A DNA stretch of 64,000 nucleotides from Mobula hypostoma (lineage: Eukaryota), in assembly GCF_963921235.1 (NCBI RefSeq), contig NC_086107.1:107448001-107512000 (forward strand), read 5' to 3'. Both the position numbers and the translations under genes were made by a program. Below the pieces are notes generated by a model, which was not told the origin of the DNA, made no database searches, and was given only the letters and a program-made list of their open reading frames with translations. Of this stretch, positions 1 through 13,034 are shown piece after piece; the first letter of the stretch is position 1; each line of letters begins with the position of its first letter.

Positions 1-433
1 GCCTCCATGACAAACTGATGAATGTTTGAAATGGTTGATGCTGGAGTCTGCAAAGAGCAAAAATTCCCAGATCAGGCAACAAAATGAAAGCTTCTCAGAG
101 TTTCCAGCACCCACTCCCCCACCCTTTCCAAGACCTTCATCCCCTTGCAGAGAGCAAACAGAGCCCAGGCTTCAGGAAAATGACTGCTATTCGACTGCAC
201 TAATTCAATAGGCCAAAATCTGCCTTTGAAGGGGCAAGTACTGTCCCTTTGTGCTTTCCTCTAAGTCCTTTGTTCTTACAACAGTGAGGGAGGGCAACAG
301 ACCCCTGCATCAGTTAAAAGTACCCAGAGTACGCATAGGTGCACTGGAGACTGAAGATTCAGATTTCTCTATCCGGCGCCAACATAGCATTCCATAATGT
401 TTGGCAGAACAACAATAGCAGAAAAAACCTGAT

Positions 434-1030
434 ATGGCCACACATTTTAATTCCACATCCCATTCCCATTCTGATATGTCTATCCACGGCCTCCTCTACT
501 GTAAAGATGAAGCCACACTCAGGTTGGAGGAACAACACCTTATATTCCGTCTGGGTAGCCTCCAAACTGATGGCATGAACATTGACTTTTCAAATTTCCG
601 CTAATGCCCCACCTCCCCCTCGTACCCCATCTGTTATTTATTTATATACACACATTCTTTTTCTCCCTCTGTCCCTCTGACTATACCCCTTGCCCATCCT
701 CTGGGTTTTTCCCCGCTCTCCCTTTTCCTTCTCCCTGGACCTCCTGTTCCATGATCCTCTCATATCCCTTTTGCCAATCATCTGTCCAGCTCTTGGCTCC
801 ATCCCTCCCCCTCCTGTCTTCTCCTATCATTTCAGATCTCCCCCTCCCCCTCCCACTTTCAAATCTCTTACTAGCTCTTCCTTCAGTTAGTCCTGACAAA
901 GGGTCTCGGCCCGAAACGTCAACTGTACCTCTTCCTAGAGATGCTGCCTGGCCTGCTGCGTTCACCAGCAACTTTGATGTGTGTTGCTTGAATTTCCAGC
1001 ATCTGCAGAATTCCTCGTGTTTGCGTTTTT
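434..1030 (+). mobile_element. Penelope-like element, 5'-truncated: GIY-YIG C-terminus plus terminal repeat
   Basis: 434-604 reads MATHFNSTSHSHSDMSIHGLLYCKDEATLRLEEQHLIFRLGSLQTDGMNIDFSNFR*. A pyrimidine-rich tail follows, with a hammerhead motif whose core is mutated (CTGACAA, about 894). Confidence 0.8.
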
Positions 1031-1544
1031 AAAAGCAAAATAAGCCCTTTTCTCACCCTCTCACCCACCAACCAATCACAAACACAGATCGGCCTCCATC
1101 TGCAGGACAACCCCCCTCCTGGCCTCCAACCTCCAGTCCTTGGCCCCGGACTCACAGACATTGGGCCTCTGACCTCTGGACAGGCCAGGGGCTTCGACCT
1201 TCAGGGCTCAATCTTTGGACTCGCCAGAGTTAGTCTTTGATTTTCAGGCTTCAATCGTTGGACTCGCCAATTTTTGTCCTCAACCTTCGGGCTTCAACCT
1301 TCGGATTTACTGTCCTCTGGACTTCAGCCTCCAGCTTTGACCTCTGGAATCCACCAGCCTCTGAGAATGAGCCCCAGGACTTGCCCCATGATTCTCAGAT
1401 TATGGACATTGACCTTTGGATTCGCTGTCTCCCAGACCTCATGCTCTAGGTTTGCCAACTCACCTCATTGAGCCTCCAGTTCCAGGACTCACTGACCTTG
1501 GACTTCCAACCCTAGGACTTTGAACTTGCCTTTGGTGATGATCT

Positions 1545-1865
1545 TAGATTAGATTTGATTAGCTTTATTTGTCACATGTACATTAAAACATAGAATGAAG
1601 TGTGTCGTTTGCATCAAATAAAATCAGCAAGGACTGTGCTTGGTAGCCTGCAAGTGTCACCATACTTCCAGTACTAACATAGCATCCGCACAGCTCATTA
1701 ACCCTAACCATATATTGTTTGGAACGTGAGCGGACTACCTGGAGGAACCCAGTTAGTCACAGGGAGAATGTACAACCTCCTTACAGACGGTGGTGGGAAT
1801 CGAACCCCAATCTTACAACTAGGGCTCTGAAACATGGCTCTAATTGCTAAGCTACAAAGTTGCCT
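1545..1865 (-). mobile_element. V-SINE-like tRNA-derived SINE, degenerate
   Basis: Reverse-complement B-box (gttcgattc) and V-domain-like segment. Similar copies at 22415, 38920, 41445 and 51835. Confidence 0.55.
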
Positions 1866-1879
1866 TTGTGTCCTCACTG

Positions 1880-3250
1880 GCCACAGGATTAACACTAGAA
1901 GATTGGATGAGAGCAAATATTATTTGGTTGTTCAAGAAAGTTAATAGGAATAATCCAAGGAATTATAGATCAGTGAGTCTTAATCAGTGGTGGGCAAACT
2001 TTTGGGGAGGATTTTTAGAGACAGTTAATCACAAACACGAGGAAGTCTGCAGAGGCTGGAAATCCAAAGCAACACACACCAAACGCTGGAGGAACTCAGC
2101 AGGTCAGGCAGCATCTGTGAAAGTGAACGAACAGTCGACGTTTCAGGCCGAGACCCTTCACCGGGACTGAGAAGGAAGTGGGAAGATGCCAGAATAAAAA
2201 GGTGGGGGGAGGGGAAGGGGGCTGGCTGGAAGGTGATAGGTAAAGCCAGGTGGGTGGGAATGGAGAAGGGCTGGAGAAGAAAGAATCTGATTGGAGAGGG
2301 AGGAAGGGAAAGGGGAGGGGGCCCAGGGGAGGTAATAGGCAGGTGAGAAGTAAAAGGACAGATTGGGGAATGGGGGCGGGGTTGTTTACTGGAAGGAGAA
2401 ACAGACAGAATTTACAAGGATTTGGAGAAGGATAGTCTGATTAGGGACAGTCTGCACGGCTTTGAGAAGGAACTATGATCCTGGTTGACTTTTTTGAGGA
2501 ATTAACTAAACAAATTGTTGAAGGTAGAGCAGTGGATGTGGCATATATGTATATTAGAAAGGCATTTGACAATGTTCCCCTTGGTAGACTCATTCAGAAA
2601 GTCAGGAGGCATGGGATTCAGGGAAACTTGGCTGTGTGGATTCAGAATTGGCTTGTCCATAGAGAGTGGTAGTAGACAGAGTGTATTCTGCCTGGGGATG
2701 ACCAGAGGTATACTGCAGGAATCTGTTCTGGGACACCTGCTGCCTGTGATCAGATGAGGAACTAGAAGGGTTAGTTAGTAAGTTTGCAGATGACATGAAG
2801 ATTGGTAGTGTTGTGGATTATATAAAGTATAAAGTATAAGGATTGTGTAGAAGATGCTCGTAGATTACAACGGGACATTGACAGGATGCAGAGCTGGGCA
2901 AAGGAGTGGCAGATGATGTTCAGTCTAGGAATGTGTGAAGTAGTACACTTTGGAAGGTCAAACTTGAAGGCAGAGTACAAGGTTAAAGGCAAATTCTTAG
3001 CAGTGTGGAGGAACAGGGGGATCTTGGAGTCCAAGTCCAAAGATCACTCCCATTTGCCATATATGTTAATAGGGCATTTAAGAAGTCTTAGCGTGTTTTG
3101 GCCTTCAGTAGCTGGGGGGGGGGGTCAAGTTCAAGAGCCGTGAGGTAATCTTGCAGCCTGTAAAACTGGGGTTAAACACACCTTTGGAGTACAGTGTCAA
3201 GTCCTGGTCGCCTCATTATATGAAGGATGTGGAAGTTTTAGTAAGGCTGC
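1880..3250 (+). mobile_element. Decayed CR1 LINE ORF2 (RT), interrupted by a Penelope-like terminal repeat at about 2030-2400
   Basis: NYRSVSL, KAFDNVP, KFADD-like and WQM.F..CEVVHFG motifs, with frameshifts. Confidence 0.85.
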
Positions 3251-3254
3251 AGAT

Positions 3255-3620
3255 ACGTCTCTAACAAAGGAGATGTAAGGTGCTCCTTCCCTCCACTAGC
3301 CTGCAGGTCACCCTTGGGCGAGGTGTAGCACCTGCTTAGCCCCCCCAATCAGGGTTATGTCAAGCCAAGGGAGCAAGTGGTGGATGGCCATATGAGCAGC
3401 TGGTGCATATCACAAATCCTGGTTATGTAACCACTGACACCAGGCAGAAAATCTCTGAAGAGTATTGATAATGACTGGGGTCACCTGTCTAGTAAAGATA
3501 CCGCCCAGAAAAAGGCAGTGGCAAGCCACTTGGGTAGGAAAATTTACCAAGAATAGTCAGGGTCATGGGGCCATGACTGCCTATGTCATATGGCACGGTA
3601 CATAACTATCATGATGATGA
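3255..3620 (+). mobile_element. Non-autonomous repeat with RTE-type tail (copies at about 9830, 14980-15350, 41710-42370)
   Basis: Shared core aaggaggtgtaaggtgctccttcc...cccttgggcaaggtgtagcacc and a ggcaatggcaaaccac-type 3' end. Confidence 0.6.
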
Positions 3621-3699
3621 TGAATTCACAAAAGGAACATTAAGGAAAACCTTTGAAACTTGTAACTTAAGATCGTGTTTGAAGATGTAGTAAAGCATT

Positions 3700-4310
3700 T
3701 GTAGATCAAGACCTCAATCTAGCACAACACTCAGGGTCTACAAAGCATAAGTGATCCCTGCTTTCCTGTACACTCCTCAGATCTGGACTACCTACAGTAG
3801 TCACATCAGGACCTGGAAAAATACCACCCTTGCAGGCTCCACTAAATCTTCCAAATTCTCTGGAAGGATAAGGAAACGGATATTAGCGGTGTCTCTCAGG
3901 CCCACATTCCCAGTTACAATAAACCCTAGTTACAATCAGCAGCCCTGTTGGGCAAGCAACATGCACGTCAGACCATAGACTCCTGAAGCAGCCTCTGACT
4001 CTAAGATCTGTCACAGATGAACAGAAGGAATGATTCAAGGATGTGATCCAGAGCCCCATAGATTTTTTTGGAACCCTTGGCCCACTGTGGAAAAACAAAG
4101 TGGTACTGAGAACCTCAATACATTGTAAGCCCACAGAAGCCCCACTTCGGCACTAGTAAGAACACCATACCTACTCATCTGTCCCAACAGACACCTCCTA
4201 CCCCACAGCTGAAGACTGTGATTCCCAAATTGGACTCCTCAACCACCTTAGAAATCAGAAAACTGGACTTGAAGCAAGTTACCCTCAGTCCTGAGGGACT
4301 GCAAAAATAT
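3700..4310 (+). mobile_element. Old RTE-clade LINE remnant (similar remnant at about 47060-47290)
   Basis: Degenerate similarity to the RTE ORF C-terminus (YKA.V.P.LLY..E.WT; WAGHV.R..D.RLPKQ). Confidence 0.5.
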
Positions 4311-4329
4311 ACTGGTTGAACAGAGTTTG

Positions 4330-4735
4330 TGAGGGGAATGAGAGGAGATCTTACGGAAACATATAAAATTATGAAAAGGATAGATAAGATAGAGGCAAGA
4401 AAGTTGTTTCCACTGGTAGGTGAGACTAGAACTAGGGTCATAGCTTCAAGATCTGGGGGAGTAGATTTAGGATGGAGATGAGGAGGAACAGCTTTTCTCA
4501 GAGAGTAGTGAATCTGTGGAATTCTCTGCCCGATGCAACAGTGGAGGCTACCTCAGTAAATATATTTAAGACAAGGTTAGATAGATCTTTACATAGTAGG
4601 GGAATTAAGGGTTATGAGGAAAAGGCAGGTAGGTGGAGATGAGTCGATGCCAGATCAGCCATGATCTTATTGAATGGCAGAGCAGGCTCGATGGGCCAGA
4701 TGGCCGACTCCTGCTCCTATTTCTTATGTTCTTAT
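4330..4735 (+). mobile_element. CR1 LINE 3' end
   Basis: RGDL.ETYKI, FSQRVVNLWNSLP and a (ttcttatg)n tail. Confidence 0.9.
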
Positions 4736-4871
4736 GAAAGGAACTGTTGGTGCTTTGGGTCAGAACACTGTGTTTGGTCTCACCCCCATCAAGCAAGTTT
4801 TCAAGGAAAGGGTGAATGGTATCTTAAACTCTCTCGCTTAGAAGCTGTGAATTGCTTAGTGAAATGGAGTC

Positions 4872-5435
4872 CACTCAGTCGCCACTTTATCAGGTACACC
4901 TGTTTACCTGCTCATTAATGCAATTATCTAATCAGCCAATCATGTGGCAGCAACTCAATGCATAAAAGCATGCAGACATGGTCAAGAGGTTCAGTTATAG
5001 TTCGGACCAAACATCAGAATGGGGAAGGCACGTGATCAAAGTGACTTTGACTGCAGATGGTTGTTGGTGCCAGACGCGGTGGGTTGAGTATCTCAGAAAA
5101 TGCTAATCTCCTGGGATTTTCACATACAGCAGCCTCTAGAGTTTACTGAGAATGGTGTGAAAAAAATATACAGTGAGCAGTGGTTCTGTGGGCAAAAACA
5201 CCTTGTTAATGGAAGAACTCAGAGGGGAATGGCCAGACTAGTTCAAGCTGACAGGAAGGCGACAGTAACTCAAGTGACCACACACTACAGCAGTGGCGTG
5301 CAGAAGAGCATCTCTAAACGCACAACACATCGAACCTTGAAGCAGATAAGCTACCGCAGCAGACGATCATGAACATACACTCAGTGGCCACCTCATTTAG
5401 TACAGGGGATACATCATGAGGTGGCCACCGAGTGC
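4872..5435 (+). mobile_element. Tc1-derived non-autonomous DNA transposon
   Basis: Degenerate inverted termini (cactcagtggccactttattaggtac type) and transposase N-terminal remnant MARLVQADRKATVTQVTT..SISKRTT.RTL. Confidence 0.8.
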
Positions 5436-5439
5436 ATTT

Positions 5440-5714
5440 CACACAGAGGGCAATAGGCTTTTATTAAACAGAGGTATCAAAAAATACAGCTAATAGCTGG
5501 TCAAAGAAGATGGAGATGGAGTTGGGCCTGATCCGATTAAATGGAATAGGGTTGAGTGACCTTTTCCTTCTTCTACGTTCCTGCTGCTGGACGTTCTGCT
5601 CTGTTGGTAGAAAAGAAAGCTCATTGTTGATGAACTTGTAAAAGCATTGGTTGTCAGTCATTCTCAAGTGATGTCATCCGCCAGATCACACGAGTCAGAT
5701 GGGCGATTATGGGA
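5440..5714 (-). other. Possible terminal (3' UTR) exon with poly(A) signal
   Basis: Strong acceptor cactttctccttctgcag| at 5714 and AATAAA at 5465-5460 in a unique island. Exon C's stop is directly followed by donor-like gtaatg. Confidence 0.3.
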
Positions 5715-6123
5715 CTGCAGAAGGAGAAAGTGTGGTGAAGTTGGATGCTGACATCAGCCCATTGATCTAATCTAAATCACACTGCCCTGGAATAGTTGGA
5801 TGGTTGGACCTATATGCATGCTGCACACCTCTATGACTCAGTAACACAAGTTTGGGGAGCATCCCCTAAATTGTACATGTTAAAGTCTCCTGGACTAAAT
5901 ATTGCTTTCAAAGGCTATTGCTTTGTTGTTCCTTTCCGCACCTTGTGGCTCACCGGGTGGCAATTTTGCCATTTCCTTATCATTTGCCTGTTTTTATGAG
6001 GCCTAGTTGCTAGCTCAATGCTCAACCCAGCATGCGTGGAAAACATGCAAGGAGCCGGCCAGATTCAAACTGGACCATTTGCCTCGAAGTCCGGTGCTGA
6101 TGCCACTACATCACCAGCCGACT

Positions 6124-6760
6124 TAGATTAGATTAGATTATGAGGACACGCAGTCCTCTTTTACTGTCATTTAGTAATGCATGCATTAAGAAATGATTCA
6201 GTATTCCTCTGGTGATATCACAGAAACACAGGACAGACCAAGACTGAAAAACTGACAAAACCACATAATTATAACATATAGTTACAACAGTGCAAACAAT
6301 ACCGTAACTTGATGAAGAACAAGCCGTGAGCATGGCAAAAAGTTCAAAGTCTCTCGAAAGTCCCACATCTCACGCAGACGGAAGAAGGAAGAAAACTCTC
6401 CCTGCCATGCCCGACCACAGTCCAACTCTGAGTGGTCCGAAAACTTCGAGCTCCGATCAGCTCTCCGACACCGAGCACCGAGCATCATCTCTGCCGAATG
6501 CTTGGACCTCAGCCCCGGTCGCCAGCAGCAGGCAAAGCCAAGGATTTTGGGGCCTTCCCTCCGGAGATTCTCGCTCGCACAGTAGCAGTGGCAGCGAACC
6601 GAGCATTTTGGAAGTTAATCCAGATGTTCCTCCATGCTGTCACAGCTGTCTCCATCAAATAATAATTGGGCACGGCATCCTACTTACAAATACGATATCA
6701 CTTCACCGGAGAGGCTACGCGCGCTACATTGCGCCGCCATCTTCTCCTCCTCCCTCCTTT
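6124..6760 (-). mobile_element. Non-autonomous retroelement with aagatggcggcgc head and (ctaat)n tail
   Basis: CpG-rich 5' part and tandem tail ttagattagattagatt. Family not identified. Confidence 0.55.
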
Positions 6761-7667
6761 TAAAGGGTATAGATCGTGAGTATTGCAATATTTTCTGGTT
6801 TGCAATGTGATGTACTTGTAGATTCTTATTCTATCTATTTGAAACAGGTGGGATATGATGAATGACCAAGAGAAATGGAGAACTGCAAAACAGCTGTATC
6901 ACTTTTGTTTCCCTCTCCAGCTACGCTGTCCAGATGCACGTGTCATACAGATATAATGCACTTTTGCATACACCACATTACTTCCCTCTTCTTGAAAAGA
7001 AAAAGAAATTAATAATTTCACAGCACTTCCATATTTTAGTTTAGAGATATGGCACGGTAACAGGCCCCTCTGGGCCAACTAGTTAGTGGCACCCAATTAC
7101 AGCCACATGACCAAATAATCCCGCCGCTGCCTGTAAGGAGTGTGTATGGTCTCACTGTGATCACACAGTTTTCCTCTCACAGTCCAACGATGGACCGATT
7201 GGTAGATTAATTGGTCACTGTAAACTGTCCCATGATCAGGCTAGTGTTAAATCTGGGGTTGCTGAGCTGCACAGCTCGAAGGGCCCGTTCTGTGGTGTAC
7301 CTCAATAAATAAATAAAAATTTACTAACTCCTGCATCTTTGAAGTGTAGGACAAAATTAGAAAACCATGCGATCACTGAGGATATACAAATTCCTTATAA
7401 ACAGCAGTAGAACTGACCCCGATTGCTGGCGTTGTAACAAGACCATAAGACCATAAGATATAGGAGCAGAATTAAGCTATTTGGCCCAACAAGTCTGCTC
7501 TGTCATTTCACCATGGCTGATCCAATTTTCCTCTCAGCCCCGATCTCCTGCCTTCTTCCTGAATCCCTTCGGGTCCTAACCGTGCACAGCAGTTGGCATA
7601 ATAATGTTACGCTAACTGCTACCACGCCATGCTGCACCAATATTAAACTCCTGTAGGTGTTCTAAAT

Positions 7668-8150
7668 CAGAATCAGGGTTAATATCTCTGGCATACGTCA
7701 TGGAATTTGTTGTCTTTGTGGCAGCAGTACAATGCAATACAAAATAATAAAAACTGTAAATTATAGTTAGAAGTATAACTATACCTCATTCCTGATGGTA
7801 ACAATAAGAAGAGGGCATGTCCTGGGTGATGAAGATCCTTAATAACGATGCCACCTTTTTGAGGCATCACTCCTTGAAGATGTTTTGGATTCTGAGGAGG
7901 CTAGTGCCCATAATGGAGCTGACTGAGTTTGCAACTTTCTGCAGCTTCTTTCGATCCTGAGCAGTAACCCTCCCCGCCCCCCCGTACCAGACGGTGATGC
8001 AGCTAGTTAGAATGCTCTCCACGAAATTCGCGAGTGTCTTTGGTGACATACCAAATCTCCTCAAACTGTCATGCCTTCATCATAACTGAGTCGATATGTT
8101 GGGCTCAGGGCAGATCCTCAGAGATGTTGACACCCAAGAACTTGAAAATG
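7668..8150 (-). mobile_element. Rex1/Babar LINE 3' fragment
   Basis: RRFGMSPKTLANF..ESILTSCITVWYG and HPGHALF.LLPSG.RY. Confidence 0.85.
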
Positions 8151-8529
8151 CTAAATGATGGGTATGTAAGAACACCAGAAATGGGAGTAGGGGTTGGCAT
8201 CTCATGCCAGGTCTGCCATTCAATAAGATCGTGGTTGACCTAATCTTGTTCTCAATACCACCTTCCCACTCTCTCCCCGTATCCCCATTTCCTCCTGTAC
8301 TTTAAGTGTCTGGTAATTCGCCACCTTGGGTATTTTTAAAGACTGCACCTCCACTACTCTGATCTTTTCAAATAAGCCTGTGCCATTGATGTTCTATCTG
8401 CTCCTTCACTTGGGGAAGATGACACTGCTGGGTTCAATTCCCTGAAATTTTGTATTCTACTTTCCATAGTTTTTACTGGATCAACTTCTGGAATATGTTG
8501 TTAACTGATTAACTCTTCAATTTTCTATA

Positions 8530-9115
8530 AAAGCAAGAATGTAATGCTGAGGCTTTATAAGGCATTGGTCAGACCAAATTTGGAGCTTTGTGAGCAGTTT
8601 TGAGCCCCACATCTAAGAAAGGACATGTTGGCATTGTGAAGGTCCAGAGGAAGTTTCCTGGTAATGAAAGGTTTAATGCATTAGGGGCACTTTATGGCTA
8701 TGGGCCTGTACTCGCTGGGATTTAAATGAATGAAGAGAGGTGGGGGGAATCTCATTGACGCCTATCAAATATCGAGAAGCCTAAGTAGAGTGGATGTGGA
8801 GAGTATGCTTCTACCAGTGGGAGAATCCAGGACACAGCCTCAGAATAGAAGGACATCCTTTAGAACAGAAATGAGGAGGAACTTCTTTAGCCAGAGGATG
8901 GTGAATCTGTGGAATTTATGGCCACAGGCTGCGGAGGCAAAGTCATCGGGTGTATTTAAATTGGAGATTGATACTTAGTTATTAAGGACATCAAAGGTTA
9001 TGGGGAGAAGGGGGAGAATGGGGTTGAGAAGGAAAATAAATCAGGCATGATTGAATAATGGAGCAGACTAGATGAACTGAATAGTCTAATTCTGCTCCTA
9101 ACTCTTATGGTCTTA
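8530..9115 (+). mobile_element. CR1 LINE 3' fragment
   Basis: LYKALVRP.LE.CEQF and RRNFFSQRMVNLWN. Confidence 0.85.
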
Positions 9116-10084
9116 TTCATGTGTATACCACTTGTGGGGATTAGGTGATTTCATGTACACTTCCAATTCTATCTCCTATTTTCACAAGATAAGTTTTGGA
9201 CCTGTTTGCTTCCACTATCACTCCAACATTCTATTTCCAAATGTTAGGATTATTAGGTGGTGTTAACGCACAAACTACATCATGTTGTTTAAAATGTCTC
9301 CATGGTTGAGTCATATTTTTGTTTCTCTCTCAACTTCTTCCCTTTCCCTCTCAAGATCTGGCTGAATAAAGCTCATCTATTCTGAAACTTCCACGCACTG
9401 GTGACTCAGTATGTTGTGTGGAATCTGGCATTGTTGTGTAGTTCAACAAAAGGTTTCCTAATTGATGAAATATTAATACTTCTGACTGGCATTATAGGTC
9501 AGTGATCTTTAGAAAAAAAAAACTTGAAAATCTTCTACAATAAGTTTCTAATGCAACCAAAGCCAGGAAAATTATGAAAGAGTGCATAAACAGAGAATAA
9601 AAAAGCAAAGGGGGCAGATGAATGGCAGATACTGTTGAATAATGAAAAGTATAAAGCATTGCATTTTGGGAAAATTACTAAAAAGGAAAAATATGTATAT
9701 TTGGTAATATAGTTTCATAGACTATTGAAAGTTATAAGAAAGCGTTCAAGAAAAACAGATATGAATCCACGTTTTATGTAGACTGCTGAGTTTGGTAAAT
9801 CAATAGGGATGATTTTTTACAAGATATGGATGGGAAGGTGGAGACACATCTCTACCAAAGCAAGTGTGAGATGGTCCTTCCCTCTGTTAGCCTACAGGTC
9901 ACCTTTGGGCAAGGTGCAGTACATGCATAGCCCCTCCCACCCGATCAGGTCACATGAAGCCATGGGGCAGGATGTCCTGTCTGGAATTAAGGCATTGCCC
10001 TTTTATTATCACTTGGTCTAAACCTTGAAACATCCAACCCAGAGACTCTGTGGGATCAATCTCACCATACAGCCAAAACAACCT

Positions 10085-10585
10085 TCAACAATCATTGCCA
10101 ATCATAGAACAGCAACTCAATGCATAAGAGCATGCAGACATGGTCAAGAGGTTCAGATCAAATATCAGAATGGGGAAGAAATGTGATTTAAGTGACTTTG
10201 ACCGTGGGATGATTGTTGGTGCCAGGTAGGAAAGTTTGAGTATCTCAGAGAGTGCTGATCTCCTAGAATTTTCATGCACAACAGTCTCTGGAATTTACAA
10301 AGAACAGGGCAAGGAATTAAAAAAAACATTAAGTGAGCGGTAGTTCTGTGGGTAAAAATGCCTTGTTAATGAGAGAGGTCAGAGGAGAACAGCCAGACTG
10401 GTTCAAGCAGACAAAAAGGCAACAGTAACACAAATAACCATGTGTTAAGACAGTGGTGTGCAGAAGAGCATCTTTGAATGCACAACATGCAGAACCTTGA
10501 AGTGGGTGGGCTACGGCAGCAGAAATACACTAACTGGCCATTATACTAAGTACCTCCTGTAGCTAACAAAGTTGTCACAGAGTGT
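10085..10585 (+). mobile_element. Tc1-derived non-autonomous element (same family as 4872)
   Basis: MGKKCDLSDFDRGMIVGAR..LSISE.ADLL remnant and right terminal repeat. Confidence 0.8.
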
Positions 10586-10603
10586 GTGTGCAAAGACAGG
10601 AGC

Positions 10604-11556
10604 TTCAAAGTTCAAAGTAAATTTATTATCAAAGTACATATGTGTCACCATACACAACACTGATATTCATTTTCTTGCAGGCGTACTCAATAAATCCATA
10701 ATAGAATAATAACTATAATAGAATCAATGATAAAGACTGCATCAACTTGGGTGTGCAACCAGTGTGCAAAAGATACAAATTGTGCAAATGGAAAAAGAAA
10801 GTTACAATAATAAATAAATAATATATATTGAAAACATGAGATGAAAAATCTTTGATAGTGAGTCGAAAGGTTGTGGGAACAGTTCAATGATGAACTGAAG
10901 TTTGGTGAAGAATCTGATGTCATTCCTTTTCATTCAAGAGTCTGATGGCTGAGGGGTAGTAACTGATCCTGAAGCTGGTGGTGTGAGTCCTGAGGCTCCT
11001 GTAGCTTCTCTTGATGACTGCAGCAAGAGGTGATGATAGATGCTACTTTCCTGTGACAATGCTCCATGTAGATGTGCTCAATGGTGGGGAGGACTTTACC
11101 TGTGATGGACTGGGCTGTATCCACTACCTTTTGTAGGATTTTCCATTCAAGGACATTGGTGTTTCCATACCAGGCAGTGATGCAGCCAGTCAATATACTC
11201 TGCACTGCACACATAAAGAAGTTTGTCAGGGTTTTAGATGTCATGATGAATCTTCGCAAACTTCCAAGGAAATAGAGGCGGTGTCGTGCTTTCTTTGTAA
11301 TTGTTCTTACATGCTGGGCCCAAGACAGGTCCTCCAAAATAATAATGCAGAGGAATTTAAATTTGCTGACCCTCTCCACCTCTGATCCTCAGATGATGGC
11401 TAGTTCATGGACCTCTGGTTTCCTTCTCCTCAAGTCAATAATCAGCTCTTTCATCTTGCTGACATTAAGAGGTTGGTGTTATGGCACCACTCAGCCAGAT
11501 TTTCAATTTCCCTCCTATATACTGATTCGTCACCACCTCTGATTTGTGGTGTCATC
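10604..11556 (-). mobile_element. Rex1/Babar LINE 3' portion
   Basis: ERVSKFKFL..DLSWAQH..KKARHRLYFL..GCITAWYGN and a (tttgaac)n tail. Confidence 0.9.
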
Positions 11557-12807
11557 CAACTCCACAGATGAGTCCTTGAACACGCCCCAAACCACAGACT
11601 CGAAGCAATCCCATAGCCACTCTTCTGACTCTCGCAACCACCTCCTTGTTGGCCTAATTTCTGGAGCTTTGCTCTTTAGCCTCTGCCTCTATGCATGCAT
11701 GGTATTTGACCAGTAGGTATTCAAGGTTGAGGGAACACAGGTTCACAAAACCGCAACATTGGAGCACCACCAAGAGGTATCATGAAACACACACCTCCAC
11801 CTTTTGCCTTTAGTGAAGTTTTAGCATTGGATCATCAAACATTAAAAGTGTGGAAAGCTTTGGCTCAAAGGCTCAATAGTTCCATTTACTATCAGAGAAC
11901 GTATACAATATACAACCTGACATTCTTACGCTCCACAGACATCCATGAAACAGAATTAAAACCCCAAAGAATGAATAACAGAAAAAATATAAGAACCCCA
12001 AAGCCCCCCCACACACATAAACAGCAGTAAAAGAATCAACCCTCCCCTCTCCCCCTCTCCCCCTCTTATTCCAGTAGAAAGCATCCCACCACCCACCGTG
12101 CAAGCAACAGTAAAGCACCCAATGGGAGACCATAGTTTACAGTCCATCAAAGACCACCATTCATCAAACAATTCAACTTGCCACAGGCGCTCTCTCTCTC
12201 TCTCTCTCTCACTAACAAGGAGAAAGAGGTATCGCTCTTTTTACAGCGGCGGGGGGGTGCTATTCAAAGGCAAACAGACTCTCTAGTTGAAGAATTAATT
12301 ACAGAAGGGGATAGACTGAGTCTTGCCACAGGGTAAGGCTTTCACCTAGAGAGTTACTATAACAGAGAGTGATGTATCACAAGTGATTGCTGAGGCATAG
12401 CTAAAAGGGGCCTGAACAAGGATATGAATAGGACAAACAGTAGACAACTTCAAAAGAGTAAGCGCAGGAAGAGTTGGCTGAATGCCCTCCGTCTATTTTG
12501 TAATGATTTTAATTTTCCTAATTTAATAACACATTTCAAGACATATGGCAATTATATTAAACCTGATTCTGATTCAGAATTCTGATTCTGAGTAATGAAC
12601 CGGTCGAGCAGGTCCTCCCTGCTTTGTCCATCCAATATATCTCATGTGCATTCTGTATGTGATAGGTCCAAGCTGTGCTGCCCATAAGTTCCTGATGGTA
12701 GCTCATACACAGCTGTCAAGTCACTTAAAGAAACAGTACATCACCACACTTCAAGCGTAGCCAAGCCTGTAATGTTCTCATTAACATGAGACTGAGGAGG
12801 TCATTAC

Positions 12808-12982
12808 TCATTGGCTGCACATGAGGGAAAGAGTGTTGTCACACCGTAGCGCACAGAAGTCCTGGTAGTCCATTGGCCACGCAATTCTACCCATAGCAGC
12901 TGGTGGCTGAATGCTATGCCTCACAAGCTGATCGATACGCCCCTTCAGATCGCTGAAATCAAGGGTAAAAGTACTCGCCACT
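12808..12982 (-). CDS. Last coding exon C of the putative BRINP-like gene: VASTFTLDFSDLKGRIDQLVRHSIQPPAAMGRIAWPMDYQDFCALRCDNTLSLMCSQ*
   Basis: Acceptor ctctctcaaaatcctccag|AG (12982, phase 2) or ccagag|TG (12980, phase 1). One open frame to TGA at 12810-12808. DLKGRIDQL, LVRH, MGRI and LMCSQ* resemble recalled BRINP DIRDRINRL, LLRH, VGRI and KLCS*. Confidence 0.8.
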
Positions 12983-13034
12983 CTGGAGGATTTTGAGAGA
13001 GGAAATTGGGGAAGACTGTTTCCACTGACATGGA

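Noticed and set aside
5464..5667. ORF with a furin-like RRRRKR site
   Set aside because: No recognisable homology or signal peptide; more likely UTR or intergenic sequence.
6848..6990. Minus-strand exon candidate 6990-6903 with ITIM-like VVYAKV, and an overlapping plus-strand candidate 6848-6956 (WDMMNDQEKW...)
   Set aside because: The minus candidate has a weak donor and would need a weak internal donor in exon C. The plus candidate has no partner exons. Neither has recognisable homology.
12784..12810. TGA as selenocysteine, readthrough or a pseudogenising nonsense mutation
   Set aside because: The peptide ends LMCSQ where recalled BRINP2/3 end KLCS, so a normal stop is the simplest reading. 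I saw no SECIS.
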